A stretch of DNA of 64,000 nucleotides from NCBI RefSeq assembly GCF_006345805.1, contig NC_043004.1, positions 3,410,001-3,474,000 of the forward strand, written 5' to 3'. Position 1 is the first letter of the stretch, and each line of letters starts with the position of its first letter. Position numbers and translations under genes: made by a program. Shown one piece after another: positions 62,425-64,000 of this stretch. Under the pieces are notes generated by a model. The model had not been told where the DNA came from, ran no database searches, and saw only the letters and a program-made list of their open reading frames with translations. This DNA comes from Octopus sinensis. Lineage: Eukaryota.

Positions 62425-64000
62425 TCACTGACAGAAGAGTGACTTTGCTTACCGTACTACGGTTTGGACGCGTTTTCTTCCCGGTAAGAGTTTTGCTGTG
62501 TTGTTAATTGTTGAATTCCTACTACTGAAAATGTGCCTTTAAACGTTGCTGAACTGTCTTGTTCTCCGGTTTTACCGGGAAACAATTGAATAATTTCTTA
62601 CCGTTGAACTGTTAGCCATTGTGGCTTTTTATTTACGTGACTATATATAGTCCTGCCAGACTATTTTCGTGCCCCTCCCCCGAATGGGGGGGGGAATTGG
62701 AATTTTGAACTGCTTTTTTGAACTACTTTGGAAGAAAACTTTCTATAGGTTTCCCAGTTTTGTGGGAAACCAATATTCGTAATTTTTGTATTGTCTAATT
62801 TCAACAGAATAATGTCTGTTGAAATTATTCACGAAAGTAGTGCTCTTGGGGAGAGCAATGTTAAAAAATTTTCTGCAGTAGCCGCAGTGGCTACCGAGAA
62901 CATTGACATCGATGTCAATCAGCTCGTCGAGCTATTTAAAAGAATGCAAGAGGAGGGTGGGGATGTTAAAATATCACCCTCCGCCAGTATCGTAGAGACC
63001 GAGAAGCGGACCGTAGTGTTTAAAACTTTCTGTCCACAAAGCAGAACGTTCAAACACTTTGAAAAAAAGCACCATCGAGAAATGCCTGTCCCCGATTTGG
63101 AAGGACATCGTGTACGTCACCAGGGGACGGGCGCATGGCACTGTGGATGTCCGCTTCACGGGGGAAGAAATGGCCCGCGGGCATTCTGTGAACCCCCTAA
63201 AAACCAAGGAGGTGGTACTTTTCCCAAGCTATAGAGGACGCAGGACGTCCCGGGTCAGGATTGTAGAAGCCCCGCCGGAAGTAGATCCGGTAGAGGTAGT
63301 GGCCGCCCTGTTATATAAAAGGGCGGACAAAATAAAAATACTTCAAGTAACATGCTCTACCCCCCTATTTTGGCTCGGGCGTAACATTAATATATTAATT
63401 CAAGGAACAGCGGAGGACCTGCAGCTCCTTCCTGAGAGGGTGCTCGTGGGCGAGAACGTAGCCCTCAGGGTACAGGTCGAAGGCCGAAAACCCACCTGTT
63501 ACGCCTGCGGCAAAAAGGGCCACATTCGTGTAGACTGTCCAGACAAGCAAAAGAAACCGCAGACACCAGGCCCCTCAGATAATAAAAAAGTCCCTACCCT
63601 TGCAAACACACCTACCCCTACAAAAACAAAAAATCCCACTCCTGCTGTTACGGTGCCAACCCCAAAACAGACTGAAGAAAAAACCCAGCCCTCGCACCAC
63701 AAACCCCTACACTATTAAAACCTCCCACCCCCTAAAAACTGCGGCGCCTACCGAACAAACTATTGCTACCCCAGACGATACCATGGAGGTATCAGAGGGG
63801 GGATTTACACCAGTTCGTAAAAGAATTCGTGCAGCATCCCCGTCCACATCCCCTACAAAAAATAATAAAAACAAGACACACCACAGACACGAAAAAAAAA
63901 ATCCCGCTCAACTGGCCCAGAAAAAGAAGACAAAAAAAGAAAATGAACTCATATTAATTGAATTCGACACACAAGACAAATACATAAACGATATTGTGGT
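62425..64000 (+). mobile_element. 5' end of a Tx1/L1-like non-LTR retrotransposon (5' UTR and ORF1), continuing beyond the window
   Basis: ~390-bp T-rich UTR, then a gag-like ORF1 with an RRM-like region, a C-x2-C-x4-H-x4-C knuckle (CYACGKKGHIRVDC, 63497-63538) and a Pro/Thr/Lys-rich tail. Clade assignment needs ORF2, which is not visible. Confidence 0.7.
62812..64000 (+). CDS. LINE ORF1 nucleic-acid-binding protein (at least ~395 aa), broken only by two +1 A insertions
   Basis: ATG at 62812; deleting one A from 63062-63068 and one from 63678-63683 gives a stop-free frame to base 64000. Confidence 0.7.

Noticed and set aside
62425-62475. Inr-like TCACTG plus DPE-like GGACG in the LINE 5' UTR
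   Set aside because: Spacing is +40 rather than the required +28

Overview
This is AT-rich, microsatellite-saturated animal genomic DNA, not prokaryotic. The SINE repertoire (tRNA-Arg/His-like heads with CORE-like middles) and the TA/CA/GATA density suggest an octopus or other coleoid cephalopod; this is inference and no search was run. I find no recognisable host protein-coding gene, intact tRNA/rRNA gene or CRISPR array, and almost all listed ORFs are microsatellite translations. The window is mostly mobile-element DNA: more than 30 SINE copies (my own labels A-F), a 5'-truncated CR1-group LINE (~22964-25667), other CR1 3' fragments, restriction-like-endonuclease (REL; R4/Dong-like) LINE pieces, mariner/pogo derivatives, several foldback palindromes and a near-identical 1.3-kb tandem duplication. 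The 5' end of a Tx1/L1-like LINE with a CCHC ORF1 runs off the right edge. The most interesting signals are: (1) three well-formed and three degenerate minimal type I hammerhead ribozyme motifs from at least five unrelated sequence contexts, three of them clustered on the minus strand in 1.7 kb; (2) the Tx1-like LINE sitting inside the tRNA-derived head of a SINE, which may indicate SINE targeting; (3) a 22-nt exact match plus a covarying stem-loop linking SINE-B to a CR1-group LINE partner; (4) an R4/Dong-like element that keeps both ends but has lost its reverse transcriptase in frame. Frameshifts in the youngest LINEs fall mostly in homopolymers and may be assembly errors. All alignments and folds were done by eye, and boundaries marked ~ are approximate.
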